64,000 bases of DNA from the human T2T-CHM13v2.0 reference genome, Homo sapiens (GCF_009914755.1 NC_060929.1), one strand, 5' to 3'. Positions 11,733-27,532 are shown, counted from the first letter of the stretch. Numbers and translations are program-made. The notes: generated by a model from the letters alone, not told the origin.

Positions 11733-14159
11733 AGTATAAATGGGGAATTCGACACAGAGATTTGCCCAGGTAGTTATTATGTGAGTTCTTCATTTTCTCT
11801 TTTATAAAATTTTCAGACTCTAGAATAAAAATTATTTTGATCAGAAAGTCTTTGAAATATTAAACTTCAGTATTTACCATAACACCATTTCTGACCTGCT
11901 AGTATGAAAGTAAGGATCTCTTGCTTTCAAACTAGTTGAAAATACCAAATATGAAATAAGACCATCTTGTTTAATGTATTGCATAAATTGTGTGGGTAGA
12001 CAGCAGAGTAGGTCGTAAAAGAAATGGGGACATGAGAGTAGGAGTAGGGGTCGGGAGAGTAGTTTACAGAGCTCAACAAAATCACAGTCTAGCCAGGATA
12101 TATAGATTTTAGTAACTCAGACTGACAAGGGATTTTTTAATTGATTTCAAGTAGTCATTATGAGCAACATTTCTATGATTTCTGCATCAATTCAACCAAA
12201 TTACCATCTATATCTACTTCTGACCTGAAGGGATGTAAACCTACTAAGATGTCAAAGCTACTTTCTGTTATAACCAGGTATCTCTCAGAGCTCAAGATTA
12301 ATGAAAAAATAAATCTCAGCACAAACCAAAAGAAAAGAAACATTCTATTCAACAAACTCAAACAATTTGATTTTTAGTCTAGCTTCATAACACACCTGAG
12401 ATGAATATATATATTCTGCAACAGTATATATATATTTTTTTTCCAGGAAGAGAGCATGCCCAGAAAATAAAGATATGGGGTTTTCGGTGGGAAAATTACC
12501 CTCAGGAACCTACTCAGCAGGACTGTCCCTGAATTTTCTGAGCCCTAGAGCAGCTTCCTAATTCAGGATGGTACTCGGGTCACAGAGGTAAAATTTCTTT
12601 CCTTACAGTAGATTTTTCAAGGTAGTATTTTAGGTTTGAATATCATACATTCAAGAAGTAATCTTAGAAAATTGAGTCATTGGAAGAAAGAGGTAGCATC
12701 ATTTGGGGAAAAATAGTGTTTGCTTTTTGTGTTTTCATAAAATTTATAGTTGGATTGTACAGGTTTGTTTTATTCATAATAATATAAAAGTAGGAATATT
12801 TCAGATATTTTTAGTTTTATACACGTTGAATAAAGTGATTTTAGCTTAATATGAATTTATTTACAGTATACAATAAGTGAATCTTTAGCAACGTTTTGAA
12901 AAAACAAATTTTCTGATATATTTTTACATTCTAGAAAAATTCTCCATTCCAGACTACATCCACCATAAATGAAATACATGTATAGTATAGCATTTTAAAT
13001 TTATTGATAATTACTTGCAAAGTAAAAGTCTTTCACCATTAATTACTTAGCAATTTATCATTTTCTCAAAAAGCCAGGATGAAAAATCTCATTATCAACT
13101 ATGGTTTCAAAATATAAATTAAATTCAAAGGACCAATAGCAATCCTTTCCTTCTGCCTACCTAAATATCAAGGACTTGAATAAATTCAATCATCAACATT
13201 AAATACATTCAATCACTTTCTCTTTTGTTTACAAATGTATTAAAAGATGATTCTCAAGCAAAAGAATAATTTTAAGGTTACTAGTTTTCTACTTTTAAGA
13301 TTATTACTTTTTTTCTTGTTTATATGCTTTCTTATACCCCTTTGTTCTCCACCTAGTAAAAGTTATTCCAAAAGAGGTTATCCAGCTTAATAATGCACAT
13401 AAATTAGTACTATTAGACTATTAAGAAGGTACTAGTATAAATAAAACTTAATAATAAAATGGATACTTCTTATTTTCTGATTCTCTCATTCCATATGTAT
13501 TAAAACTACCATAGTTCCTATATACATATATGCCTCTTTCCCAATGCAAGTATGATATACTTTTATTTTGTTATTTGGTTTTCTATCTTTGATTTACATG
13601 TTTACACTGACATTTTTTAAGACTCTATTTGCTTAAGGTACAAAAAAATGTATTATTTACTGCAATCTCAACTATTAAAGCTAAAGCATTTCGAAAGCAG
13701 CTAGGCAAAGAAAACTGGATGTGATATTCCCAGACAACAGCAAAGCATTAAATGAATTCCATAGCTATAGCAAAACTTTTCTTTTAAAATAGCAAAAAGA
13801 TATTTATATCAAACTGCATCATCATAATCAAATATAGCATTATTATACTGAATATTGACTTTGTACATCATGCAAGACTTCGCAATTGCTGAAATATATT
13901 AAAAATCAAATGACAGGTGTGACAAAATCTACTGCTTGTGTGCCTTCAACTACATTAATTCTCATCACAAACTGAAAGAAAAATGTATCACATGAGATAA
14001 AGAATATAAAGAACAACTCCAAGGGTTATTATCTTGTCACTTTCTATAAATCCAGACTTACACAATAGCCATTCTTTTAAGTGAATGAAGAACTAGAATA
14101 CATTACAGACCAGAGCTGATTTCTTGCTAAGACCTCTGTTTCAATTTACCCTTCTGTCC

Positions 14160-14830
14160 TTGTGATCAATCCAAGTCCATGGCTTCAAATTAATTCATAC
14201 ATTGATGATGCTTACATTAGCTCTATCTCGGAATTATTCTTTGAGGTTTATATCTATTATGGGCAATTCCCATTCAATATTTTATTTGGATGTCTCAGGA
14301 GCTCCTCAATTTTAACAAATCCAAAAGTAAACCAAAGTTTACCATTTCCCAAGCATTCCATTTTACCTCCTAAATATTATTTTATCTATTTATTTATCTC
14401 TCTATCTCTATTGCAAGCACACCAGGTCAATTTATTATGATCTGTCATTAACTGCACTATGGCCAACCCCCTTCCTACTGGTCTCCTAGAATTTATTCTT
14501 GCCCCTAGCCTATCCATTCTTCATTCAACAGCCAGAAGCATCATTTTAAATGACAAAATAATAAAAATGACCTTGAGGAAAAGAAGTGGCCAAATGTATG
14601 TTGTACTATTTTCAAATAAAATGATAAACAACTAGAGAACAATGAATAGAGTGTTGAAAAAATGTCAAACATTAGTCTTGTCAATGGTGACATTGACAAG
14701 ATCAGATTCAGTGGAGAGGTAGGAATGGAAGCCAGAGTGAAGTGAAATGAAGCAAATGACAGGTGAGGAAATGAAAATACCATATGAAGACAACCATTTT
14801 AAGGAGTTTAAAAACGGAAGCAGAGGACTG
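14160..14830. mobile_element. L2 fragments in both orientations
   Basis: L2-like motifs GGATGTCTC...CTACTGGTCTCC...CAGCCAGA on +, followed by GGTGACATTGACAAG...CAGTGGAG on the opposite strand. Confidence 0.5.
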
Positions 14831-15159
14831 GGGCAGTAGCAGCATTAAACTATCGGATCAAGAGAGGAATTTCTTAAGATGCACGGTTATGAAAAACATT
14901 TGTATGCTAAGGGCTCCATCATGCCCCAGTAGGACAGAGCAAGCAAGGAAGAAAAAGTCAGGTTTCTATTTTTTGAATGGAAAATTTTTATATCAGATCT
15001 GTGGTTCATACAACGTTTCTTCACCCAAAACTTTGGCTCTTTAGGTAAAACTGTAGTTAACAAGGGACAGTAAAGTAACTGGAGTGATGGTTTCCTGTCT
15101 CTTTTTCTCCTCTCATAAGGTATCATGCTGCATGTAAGGTATTCAGCTGTTTGAAATGA

Positions 15160-15537
<378 letters not shown>

Positions 15538-16011
15538 TCACTGTAGAGCTCTGCCAGAGTGGGGACTACTGCCACTTGTCGCTTTAAAATTAAACAGATT
15601 ATAGTAAGAGACAATTAGTGTCAGCCAAATGAAGTGTCCAATGACCACATTTTCTCAAATTTCTGGGTAACGGAGTCATACTCCCCATATCCACAAGCTT
15701 TCTGACATGAAATTATACCAGAATGTGAAAATAAACGTAAGTGGAGCCCTGGAGGCCAGTAGCAAAGAGTGTGTGAAAAGATGAAATAAGGATAGCAGTA
15801 CGAAAGTTTCTCTATTTGCAACGTTACATCTACTATGGATTTTTATGTAAAAGCCCAGGTTCTAGAGATTAACTAATTGAGTTCAGAACCCATGTAGAAC
15901 TCACCATTTACTAGCAGGGCAATTCAGAGCAGTTTTCTGGAAAGGATAGTTTTCTTTGAACAATAGAACCAAAATTATAAGACTTCGTAAGATTTAAAAG
16001 AAAAACTGTAT

Positions 16012-16336
16012 GAAAAATACTTAGCAAAATACTTAGCAAAATGTGCCACATGAATTATTCAGTGGTCACTATTATTATTATTATTCCAACTAATAAGAAT
16101 GAAACGCAGCAACAGTGAGTTAAATTTGCCGACCACCAATAGAAAGTGTATTCACAGAATGGCTAGTGTAGTTAAACCTAAATTTATAAATAAATAGACT
16201 CCCATTCTCATTATTTCTATCAACATCATATAGAAGGTCCTAGACAGTACTATAGATATACAAGATATATAAAAAGCACAAATATTTGAAATGGAAATTT
16301 CAAACTATCTTTATTTGAAGACAACATAATTGCTTA
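16012..16336 (+). repeat. Left copy of the ~310-bp direct duplication flanking the L1PA
   Basis: Colinear with 17269-17577, ~14 substitutions and two small indels by eye. Confidence 0.95.
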
Positions 16337-17268
16337 ATTTTCTCAATCTACCCATCTGACAAAGGGCTAATATCCAGAACCTACAAAGAACTCAAACAAA
16401 TTTACAAGAAAAAATCAAACAACCCCATCACAAAGTGGGCAAAGGATATGAACAGACACTTCTCAAAAGAAGACATTTATGCAGCCAAAAGACATGAAAA
16501 AATGCTCATCATCACTGGCCATCAGAGAAATGCAAATCAAAACCACAATGAGATACCATCTCACACCAGTTAGAATGGTGATCATTAAAAAGTCAGGAAA
16601 CAACAGGTGCTGGAGAGGATGTGGAGAAATAGGAATGCTTTTACACTGTTGGTGGGACTGTAAACTAGTTCAACCATTGTGGAAGACAGTGTGGCGATTC
16701 CTCAGGGATCTAGAACTAGAAACACCATTTGACCCAGCCATCCCATTACTGGACATATACCCAAAGGACTATAAATCATGCTGCTATAAAGACATATGCA
16801 CATGTATATTTATTGTGGCCCTATTCACAATAGCAAAGACTTGGAGCCAACCCAAATGTCCATCAGTGATAGACTGGATTAAGAAAATGTGGCACATATA
16901 CACCATGGAATACTATGCAGCCATAAAAAAGGATGAGTTCATGTCCTTTGTAGGGACATGGATGAAACTGGAAACCATCATTCTCAGCAAACTATCGCAA
17001 GGACGGAAAACCAAACACCGCATGTTCTCACTCATAGGTGGGAATTGAACAATGAGAACACTTGAACACAGGGTGAGGAACATCACACCCCAGGGCCTGT
17101 CGTGGGGTGGGGGGAGGGGGGAGGGATAGCATTAGGAGATATACCTAATGTAAATGACGAGTTAATGGGTGCAGCACACCAACATGGCACATGTATACAT
17201 ATGTAACAAACCTGCACATTATGCACATGTACCATAGAACTTAAAGCATAATAATAATTTTAAAAAAA
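16337..17268 (+). mobile_element. 5'-truncated L1PA (L1PA5/6-like): ORF2 C-terminus plus 3'UTR
   Basis: ORF 16479-17048 is the ORF2 cysteine-rich C-terminus (CWRGCGEIG...[13 protein letters not shown]...[10 protein letters not shown]). G-rich 3'UTR and A tail. Confidence 0.96.
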
Positions 17269-17577
17269 GAAAAATACTTAGCAAAATGTGCCAAATGAAG
17301 TATTCAGTGGTCACTATTATTACTATAATTCTAACTAATAAGAATGAAACGCAGCAACAGTGAGTTAAATTTGCCAACCACCAACAGAAAGTGTATGCAC
17401 AGAATGGCTAGTGTAGTTAAACCTAAATTTATAAATAAATAGACTCCCATTCTCATTATTTCTATCAACAACATTTAGAAGGTCTTAGACAGTACTATAG
17501 ATATACAAGATATCTAAAAAGCACAAATATTTGAAATGGAAAGTTAAAACTATATTTGAAGACAACATAATTGCTTA
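17269..17577 (+). repeat. Right copy of the ~310-bp direct duplication flanking the L1PA
   Basis: Starts right after the L1 A tail and matches 16012-16336. Confidence 0.95.
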
Positions 17578-19440
17578 TATACAAAATCTAAAACAATCTA
17601 TGAGGCAAGTAACGTAGCTAATATATAGCTTTAGCAAGGACACAAGATATAAATTCAATATATCAAAGCCAATCATTGACTATATATAAGCTGGAAACGA
17701 CTGAAAAATAAAATTCTAATTCTCTTTTCATTTAAATCTGAAATTTTAAGTATAAAATTAATTACAATAAATATCAGATTTTATGTAAAACACATGAATA
17801 AATTTAACAAAATACATGCAAGACATCTACTCCAAAAAGGAAAGTATAAATATTTGCTAAGCAAATTAAAGAAGGCTAAACAAATAGAAGGATATACCAT
17901 GTTCGTTAAATAAAAAACACAGTATTTTTAAATGTCTATAGATTCCATGTGACCCCAGTGAAAACCTTAATTTTTTAGTATTAGTATAAAAGTAGTAATA
18001 GAAGGCTGTAAAACAGAACAGAGAGCCTAGAAATTGATCCTCACTAAAATGTCAATCAATTTTCATCAAAGGAAAATCTTTTCAATAAATAGTATTGCAC
18101 CAACTGGATAAATATATGGACAGAAATCTGAATCTTGACCTAGCACCTCACACCATGCAAAAAAGTTAATTTCAGATGAAACATACTTAAAAGTCAAACC
18201 TTTAAGGATTATAGAATAAAATGTAGAAAAATATCTTCACATCCATGAATGGGCAAAGATTTACTAGACAGATGGGAAAAAGCAATCAATTAGAGTTCAT
18301 CAAAAATTTATTTTGCTCTCAATAGACAAAATTAAGAAAATAAAAAGGCAAGCCACAGAGTAGGAGAAAATATTCACAAAACATATCTAACAAAAACATG
18401 TGTCCATAATATGTAAATATCTATTTACATTTTTATAAATTTATATAAATATATTTGTATTAATTTTGTATATTTATGTAATAAATGTAAATATGTGTTT
18501 ATAAATTCACTTTGTATACATCATTTGTTAGATATTTCTGTGACCATATGAATATATATACATATAATTTTTAAATCTTCCATCTCAATGATAAGACAAA
18601 CTGATAAAAAAGAGCAAAAGATATGAATACACATTTCATAAAGAAGGATATATAAATGGTCAATAAGCACATTAAAAGTGCCTGATATTACTATTCATTA
18701 GGAATATTCAATGAATTTTGTGAGATAGATTCCACTTCTTACCCATCAGAATGCCTAAAATTAAAAAAAAAAAAAAAAGATACAACAACAAAGGTTGGAA
18801 AGACATTGAAGCAACTGGAACTCCTATGCATTGCTGCTGGTGGGAATGTAAAACATACAACCACTTTTAAAAATATTTGGCCTTTTATATAATTAGAAGC
18901 ACTTATTACCCAGAAATTTCACTCATAAGTATTTTTACAAGAGAAATTAAAATATTTGTTCTTAAAAAGACCTGTGCAAGGATTTTCACAGCAGTTTAAT
19001 TCATAATAACCAAAAGTGGAAACTAGCCAGGTGTCTATTGATGGAAGAATGGATAAATAAACAGTGTCATATTAATACAATGAAATACTACTCAGCAATA
19101 AAAAGAAAAATACTACTCGTACATATAGCTGCATGGCTGAATGTTACAGACATTAAGCTGAATGAAAGAAACCTGACACAAAAGTCTACAGCAGGTAAAA
19201 CTAAGATATGGTGAAAAAAATATAAAACAGAAGAGCAGTTGCCTCTGGTTGATGGGGAGTACACTGACTGAAAGGGGGCACAAGGGAACTTTCTGGGGTG
19301 ATGGAAATGTTCTGTAACTTGAATGGGGTGATTGTCACACAAGTGTTATTTATCAAAACTCATGAATTACAGTGCACTTAAGGTTTGTGCATTTCACTGC
19401 ACATAAACTTTACTTCAATAAACGTGGAAAAAATAAAAGA
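17440..19440 (+). mobile_element. Old L1ME-like element (ORF2 3' part and 3'UTR)
   Basis: Degenerate ORF2 motifs and an L1ME-type 3' end (GGAACTTTCTGGGGTGATGGAAATGTTCT...CTTCAATAAA). Confidence 0.75.
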
Positions 19441-21959
19441 AACATGAGGGGAAGGGGAGGGGGAACTCTGAGGACAGCCATTTAGAATGTAATCTGTTTG
19501 GAAATCAGAGTTCCTCTGTTGAAGGAGATTATCATTAGTGTGACAGTTCTTTCCATTGGATTCAGGTTGCAAAGTAATAACTCATCCATTCATTTGTTCA
19601 TTCATTTCTGCAATAGTTTTTTTGAGCAAACATCATATGTCAGACACTGTAACTGGATCTGTGGGTATGCAGAGAAGTGAGTTCCCTATATTTAAGGAGC
19701 TTAGTCCATTCAAAGGCCATTTCACAAAGGCACTCTGTGACCTCCTCCACACAAGTGTGTGAACACGTGTGTGCATGCACAGGCACACACACATACACAG
19801 AGAGGTGTTTTAAATGTTTTTTTTTTTTACAATAATTTCACTTGAGGAAACAACTAAATGTGGAGTTTCTCTAAAGTGCTAGATAGCCTATATAACCATA
19901 TTTTTCCTCCTATGTTTTGGTATTATAAAACAAACACAAAGAAAAAAGAGATGGGATTTATTTTGGTAAAGCATTTCACAGGATATTCAGTCAGCACAAC
20001 TTGTTTGAATTTATGCATGTGTAAAATATAACCTTTTCACCTGTGCTACCAGGTTAGCCTGAACATTTATGTAACATAGATTATATCATCATCTTAACAT
20101 CATTTTACCTTTTTAATATTTAAAATTGCTACACAAAATAGCGAATACTCATATTTCATTGAAGATGTTTACATTATGTTAGGTAATTGGTTAAGATATG
20201 TAATTTATTGAAATAAATATTTTAATTAGGTTTTTTCTCTAAATAAAACTATTTCCCTACATTTAGTTTATATTATTTACAAGGACATAAAAAGCAGCAA
20301 GAGATGAACTTCATGTTTTTCAGAAGGTCGTATTTATCAAGTGAAGAATTCCTAGAGCCCAAGAGATGCCTGGAGTGATTCCAGATTTCAGGCATTACAA
20401 CTGTCAACCTACTTAAAAATTAATTACTTGCAGAACATTTAATTAGCTATATGTTTCTTCAGTGAAATTATTTCACTATATCAATTTTATATTACTGTCT
20501 TACCAGCTGTGTGTATTACATTGTATAAACATTTTCTAACTTACAGAAAGATTTCTTACAAAAAAAAGAATAACTATAAATCTTCCCTAAATAAAAGATA
20601 AGGCTGTAATGAAAAGAAGTCAACTAAAGTTACTCACTTTTTAGGTAATTATTTATGAATATTAGAAAGGGGATAGATATGCTGGTGAAAATCATTCTAT
20701 TTTGCTATACTATTGGTGTGGTATGAAGGATGTATGTTAATGACACTTTGCCATACCAGAATCTTCAAGGCAAAAAGCAGAAAGAAATGACTGATTGAAA
20801 TTTGTGGTTGATCACAGGGGAGACATTCATATTTGTAAGTTTCCATTAAGGTAGACAGAAATTATGCGCACGTAGAGAGTAAATAGGTTGCATGCAAACA
20901 GATGTTTGGGAGTTGTAGGCATTAAAGTTTCAAACAGAAAATGATGTTATCAATGTTACTAACTAGGAAAATTTACATGTTTCTCTATTTCATTAAAAAT
21001 TAATTCATAAAATAACTGTACACTACTTGCTTTCCTTTGATATTACGTTTACAAAAAATGTTTTTGTTTTGTTTTAGAAATAATCTGAGATGATGTTTTG
21101 CATACTCATTGATTTAGAAATAAGTTAAGCCTAATTACTTTGTAAGATTTTTTTCATAAGATATATTCTTACTATGTTTAGTATGTATAATTTGCAAAGG
21201 AAGGGGGACAGGTGGTAGAAGCAGGAGTTTCTTCTAAAATTAGTAAAAATGTTTAGGTATTAACTATGATGACATGTTACAGAAAGAGCACTGGATTGGG
21301 AATCAGAACACCAAGGTTCTGGTCCCAATTCTCTTACCTCCTATATGACTTTAGAAAAAAAAATCAGTTAAACATCCAGAGAATCATTTTTCTCAAATGT
21401 AAAACAAGAGTGGGTAAAAGGTACAATAAAATATTTTATCTAGTCCAACAAATTACAATTTCTAGGGAAAAACATAAGATTCTTGAGAGACTTCTACATT
21501 AACCCTCACTTGGTTCCAAGGTCACATTATACTTTATGGCCATCTGGAAACATTCTTGTGGCTCTAAGCCTTAAAACTAAATGAATACAGGGTAACTCTA
21601 TGCCTAACAAATCACAGCCTTATCTCTAAATTTTTCAGAAACATTTACTGAATTAATAACTATATATTGTACTTTATTCATTATTGATTTATTCAATAAG
21701 GATTCATTGATTTCCTTTTTTGTTAGGCCCAGTGCTGGACACTGTGCTGTGACAAAAACAGACTTATTAAAGACAGATTTAGTTTCTCTCCACATAGAGT
21801 ATATGCTTTATGTATTTTATCTTAATCTCTTCCATTATACATAATAATATTAATAATTTGGATGTATTAGTAATTACTGGGTTTCAAGGCCCTGTATGAA
21901 GTGTTTCACATATATTATACACTTTAGCTTTTACAATATTCCTATGAAGAATACTTTCA

Positions 21960-22203
21960 TTTGGCAAAATACGGCCCATAGCCCAAATATGACCTTCCCC
22001 ATATTTTTATGAATAAAATTTTATTGGACTATAGCCACATCCTTTCATTAAGAATCTTCTATGGCTGGTTTTTCTTTTTTTATTTATTTATTTATTTTTG
22101 CTAATGTGGCAGAGTTAAATAATTGTAGAAGAGATCACATCACCCACAAAATGAAAATATTTATTACTATCTGGCCTTTCACAGAAAATTTTACCAAACA
22201 CTG
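21960..22203 (+). mobile_element. MER58-like hAT DNA transposon relic
   Basis: GGCAAAATACGGCCC...AATAAAATTTTATTGGA...ATCTGGCCTTTCACAGAAAATTTTACCAAACACTG. Confidence 0.65.
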
Positions 22204-22426
22204 TTTGAGACTGATTCAGAAAGAAAAAGCCACCACTTATTCTGTTGACCAAATAACCTGATATTTCTGTCTCATCATGATTGCATTCTCTAAATATAAG
22301 AGTATAGCTAGAGTAAGGATAAGTCAACTAAAGTTACTCCTTTATTACGTAATTATATATGAATGTAAGAAATATGACGAGCTAGCAAAATAATAAAATT
22401 AATGTTAATATTAATAGTATGAATGG

Positions 22427-22720
<294 letters not shown>

Positions 22721-23965
22721 GCCAGTATGAATGGATATACACCTTTGACTGACGAATGTCAAACAGTTTTGCACATCAAAATTGCTATTTTAAGGGTAAA
22801 GATATCAAAACCAAACATCAAACTTCAGTGTGGATTTTTATTATGTCAGTCTCTTAAGGTTGGCCTCTTCCCTCACACTTTACTGAGCTGTCAGTGAGGA
22901 GTATTTTATCAGCTTGTGAAGAAAAAGCAGCATTCTAAACAGGAATTATGGGTAACAAAGTTTTTTAAAAATAATGAGCAGCTTATTGCCATTAAGACAG
23001 GAAAATTACTGTAGCAGACAATCATCACTTGCAACTCTAATTGCAGGCATTCTAAATTGGCTGTTTAGGAAAACTACCTTTAGAATATTTAAGGACTGCT
23101 TTGAGATGTACAAATTGCAGATTGACAGTTTTTTTCTAGGAAACTAATCAATTATAAATAACTATAGCTTGATCAACAGTTCAAAATAAGAAGTTGCTAC
23201 ATTAACTTTAAAGAAGGTAAATATGTTTTATTCTATTGCCTGTACTTAATGTTTGTTTTAAAACAGTTCTGACATATGTCTAACAGAACTTAACTCATTG
23301 CCTTACTCAGAAAAAATGTCAGATTTAATGAGTGAATCATTTAATGAATGAGTTAACAAAACAGTTAAATAACTAGTAGAGAAAATTTGTAGAGTTAAAA
23401 TCAGGTGCTTTATTAAAGGACTTACCTGAAACTACTTTTTTTATATTCTAAATCTTAATCTTTGGTGTCAAAATCTTCCTGACTCGTGTCACCCCTTACA
23501 TTCCAGCCATTGCTTGAGTTTGGTGCTCTTCTTCTCAATGACCATAGCATACTGTGAATATATTATCATTTATTGAACTTTGTTATAATTATTTATATTA
23601 ATATTTTGTCTCACCTCCTAGACTGTAACCTACTTTAAGGCCAAGGCCTATATTCCTAATAACTTAGCACCATATCTAATATCTAGCATTGTGCCACATA
23701 ATGTGCATTAAAAGTTATTGAAAGAATTAATAACCAAACGCTTCTGGAATGAAGAGACTTTCCCCAAGCGGAGGGGCCAAGGAGAGAGTTCAAGCAAGAA
23801 GAGTATGCAACTACATGAAAATTGCAACTTCAGAATTTTTTCAGTATGTCAATAGTTCAGTATATCTAAAGTCCAAACTCATGAGGAAAATATCAAGTTG
23901 GAAAGATACTTGTAGTCTATACTATTGGTGCCCTGGGCAGAAGCCCTTATTTTCTTATGCCCCAT

Positions 23966-24448
23966 TGTTATGGGTTGAATTGCACCTCCCAAAAAGGTAT
24001 GTTGGGGTCCTACCCCAGGTATCTATAAATATGACTTTATATGGAAATAAAGTCTTTGAAGATGTAATCAAATCAAGATGAATCTATTAGGGCAAACTCA
24101 AATCCAATATGACCAATGTCCCTGTAACAATAAAGAAATTTGGACACCGATAAGGGAAATGCCATGTGACAATAGAAACACACGCAAGAAGACAACTATG
24201 TGACAACAGCGGCAGGTATTGAAGTGTTGCAGCTGCAAACCAATGACCACCAAGAATTACTAGCAAACACCAGAGGCCAGAACTGGCAAGAAAGAATTCT
24301 CCCTTACTAGTTCCAAAGGGAACATGGCCCTAATGATACACTTATTTTGGACTTTTAGCCTCCATAACTGTGAGACAATAAATTTCTGTTGTTGTAAGCC
24401 ACATACATGTATGGTATTTTGTTATGGTAGCCCTAGGACTCTAATACA
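23966..24448 (+). mobile_element. MLT1 (MLT1B/C-like) MaLR solo LTR, apparently inside an older LTR16-like element (~23915-24738)
   Basis: TGTTATGGGTTGAATTG...ACTCTAATACA, TSD-like CCCAT/CACAT. The downstream flank ends in LTR16-like AGAATCCC...GGAATCTACACTAAAACA. Confidence 0.75.
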
Positions 24449-27199
24449 CACATTAGCCATTGGCTGTGAACAGCTTACAGCTGTATCCTTCTCAGAAGAA
24501 TTTCCTCAACCTGACAAGTGTCTCAAAGTTGGATAACTCTGGTGCTATTTTTACGCCAAGTTCCTTATGGGATCAGGCTGAGGCTAGACTGAGAGCACAT
24601 CTCTGTTAAGCTTCTTTCCTTCCCTGTCCTGCTTGCCTCCATTCCTCAGATGTTTTTCCTGAAAGTATTCCCTCGATAAAAACTTACATAAGAATCCCCA
24701 CCATATACTCTGCTTTTAGGGAATCTACACTAAAACAATGCCTATGATATTGAATCTTCTGTATGTTTAAGAAACTAAGACAGTATTCTATAAGTTGACC
24801 ACATGCACAAGTTTGTCTTAGATGCTTGATTTGTTCCTGCTGTGCTACCAAATTATTAATAAGTCCTCCTTTCATTCTCAAGAATTTGAATTATAAATCT
24901 TGTAATCACCCTGAATAAAACTATACAAAATGACTGAAGATGCTTAAGCAGAGAAGTAATGTGATTTGACTTTTGTTCTAGAATTGATGGATTCAAGGGA
25001 GTTCAGTCTAAGGCTCAAAAATCTCGTTAAGAGTCTATTGAAATAGCCCAGACATGAGAGGCTATGATAGATAAAGGAAGGAAGGAAAATACTGAGTTGA
25101 CAAAGGTTGCTGACTAATAAATGTGAGGAAGAGTAAGTCAATAGGGATGCCTAATTTCTTTTTAATCTGAAAGTTCAAGAAAAAATAATGATTTTGGAAA
25201 TAGGGAAGAAGTAAGTTGTACTTGGTCACGAGTTGGAGATTCCTATTGGACATCCAGATGGATAAGCCAAGTAGCTTAAGCAATAAGCCTTAGAAGAAAA
25301 TAGATATGTGTGGGTAATTAGTGTGAAGACTTTTCCCTACCTTCATCCTCCTGTATAGCTGTAGTACAGTCTTTATGTTTCTTTTAGAAGTCCTTTTATC
25401 TAATAAAAAAAGTCTAGCAGATACTCCTTTAATTATTCTGGAGTCTAAAGAAGATGGTAATCATGCTCTTGTCTTCACCTTTACCCTAAGACTTCTTGTA
25501 TTTACAGTTACCCTAACTCCCTGGATTTGATCCTTGCCTTAAAGCCTTTTCGTATTTGGGGAGCATTTGCTGGCTGAAAAAATTATCTGAGCTCCTTACA
25601 GTTTCTCTAAATTTTGCTTGAAATTGAAAAAAAAATTGTTTACTTTTCTTCTCTCACATTTTATTTTTAGAAGCTAGGAAAAAACTGAAAATACATCCAA
25701 TAATCTGCCCAGAAATCTTCCCAGCTAATCAAGTGTTTATATGCATTTATAATTTCCACATTACCGCAAGAAACAGCATTACCAAATTTTCTCTCACTAT
25801 ATAATAAGTACATCTTTTCCTCCAGTTTTCTATAGCATTATCTTGACTTTCTTTTGTACCCTCACTAATAGCCTCCTCAAGGCCTGCAGGTCCTGCCTAC
25901 TCACTGCCTGATCACCAAAACAATATCAGCACCCAACTTCCAGGTACCAAATTCTGTTCTAGTTATCTATTGATGCATAAAAGACCACCCCAAATTTAGT
26001 GACATAAACAACCATACCACTATGCTCATGGAAGTAAGATGTATTTTTGAATATGTTTTACATAATGAAATTCATACAGCCCCTGATCCTTAAGAACCAT
26101 ATTCATGTACTCCACAAAAATGACTGGGTATTGTTAACAGAGAGAGATTCCTGGGCTAGGTAAATCAGTGGCTTCACAAGTCTGAAGGCTGCTTTTGGCT
26201 GTAGCTTGTGTCTTTGCATCTGTGACTTATCCTTAGAAAACAGAATTTAATCATCAGCAAGAAAAACTGAAATCTGAGTTGCTAACATGTAGAACATGCT
26301 CCTGCTACAAAATTCTGCTTCCCTACTATAGTTAATTTTTTGCTTAATCTCACTAAATTGTTTTATAGTTCAAAGTTACACACAGTTATAATTAAAATCC
26401 TATAAAAACATCCATCATTCTTCATGATTTCTAGTACTATTTATGCATACATAGGCAAGAATATCCACAGACATAGCAGACTGGGCATTTTTTTAAAGTG
26501 CTGGTAAAAGAGAAAGAGAATGCTAAGGAAATATTAGCCATTTTCCTTCTTTCATTTACATTTTGTATTAGTTCTGACATGTTCTGTGTACTACATAGTA
26601 TAAACTAAGCATTTGAATTCAATTGGTTGAAAGTATTGACATTCATTAGGAAAAATCAGAATTTAGGTAATTAAATGTTGAGCATCTTCCAAAACATTCT
26701 CTTCTACCCTCTGGCTGCAAAAGAATAAACTTGAAAGAAACACTGCAATTAGTTCTCTTCTTTCACTGTGGTGCTGAAAATCGGCACACATTTTATAATA
26801 AAACGGGATCAATTTTTTTAAGGTTATACAATTTTGGAGATTTTTCTTCAGTCCCTTTATATTTTAATTAATCCATTCTGTCATTGTATTTAAAAAGTTA
26901 CTTCATAATTAAGGAAATATCTTTTTGTTAAAAAAAATTACCCTAGATAAAATAATGAAATTTTATACTCCATTTTTTTTGTGTTTTAACACTGAATCAC
27001 TTTTCTGCTTATCCTATTTGCTAGGACACAACACACATTGCAGATATTACAAATAAAATCTGAAAAAGAGGGAACAAGTTTAAGCAACATTATCTTTTAT
27101 CTCATCAACTGAAATCCGATGAATTTAGAAACTGTAATGTTGGTTCTTAGGCCCATGGTTATTCAAAGAAAATCTATCAATTATTAAGAAGCTTTTTTA

Positions 27200-27532
<333 letters not shown>

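Noticed and set aside
16479-17048. 189-aa ORF
   Set aside because: C-terminus of L1 ORF2 in a promoterless 5'-truncated copy.
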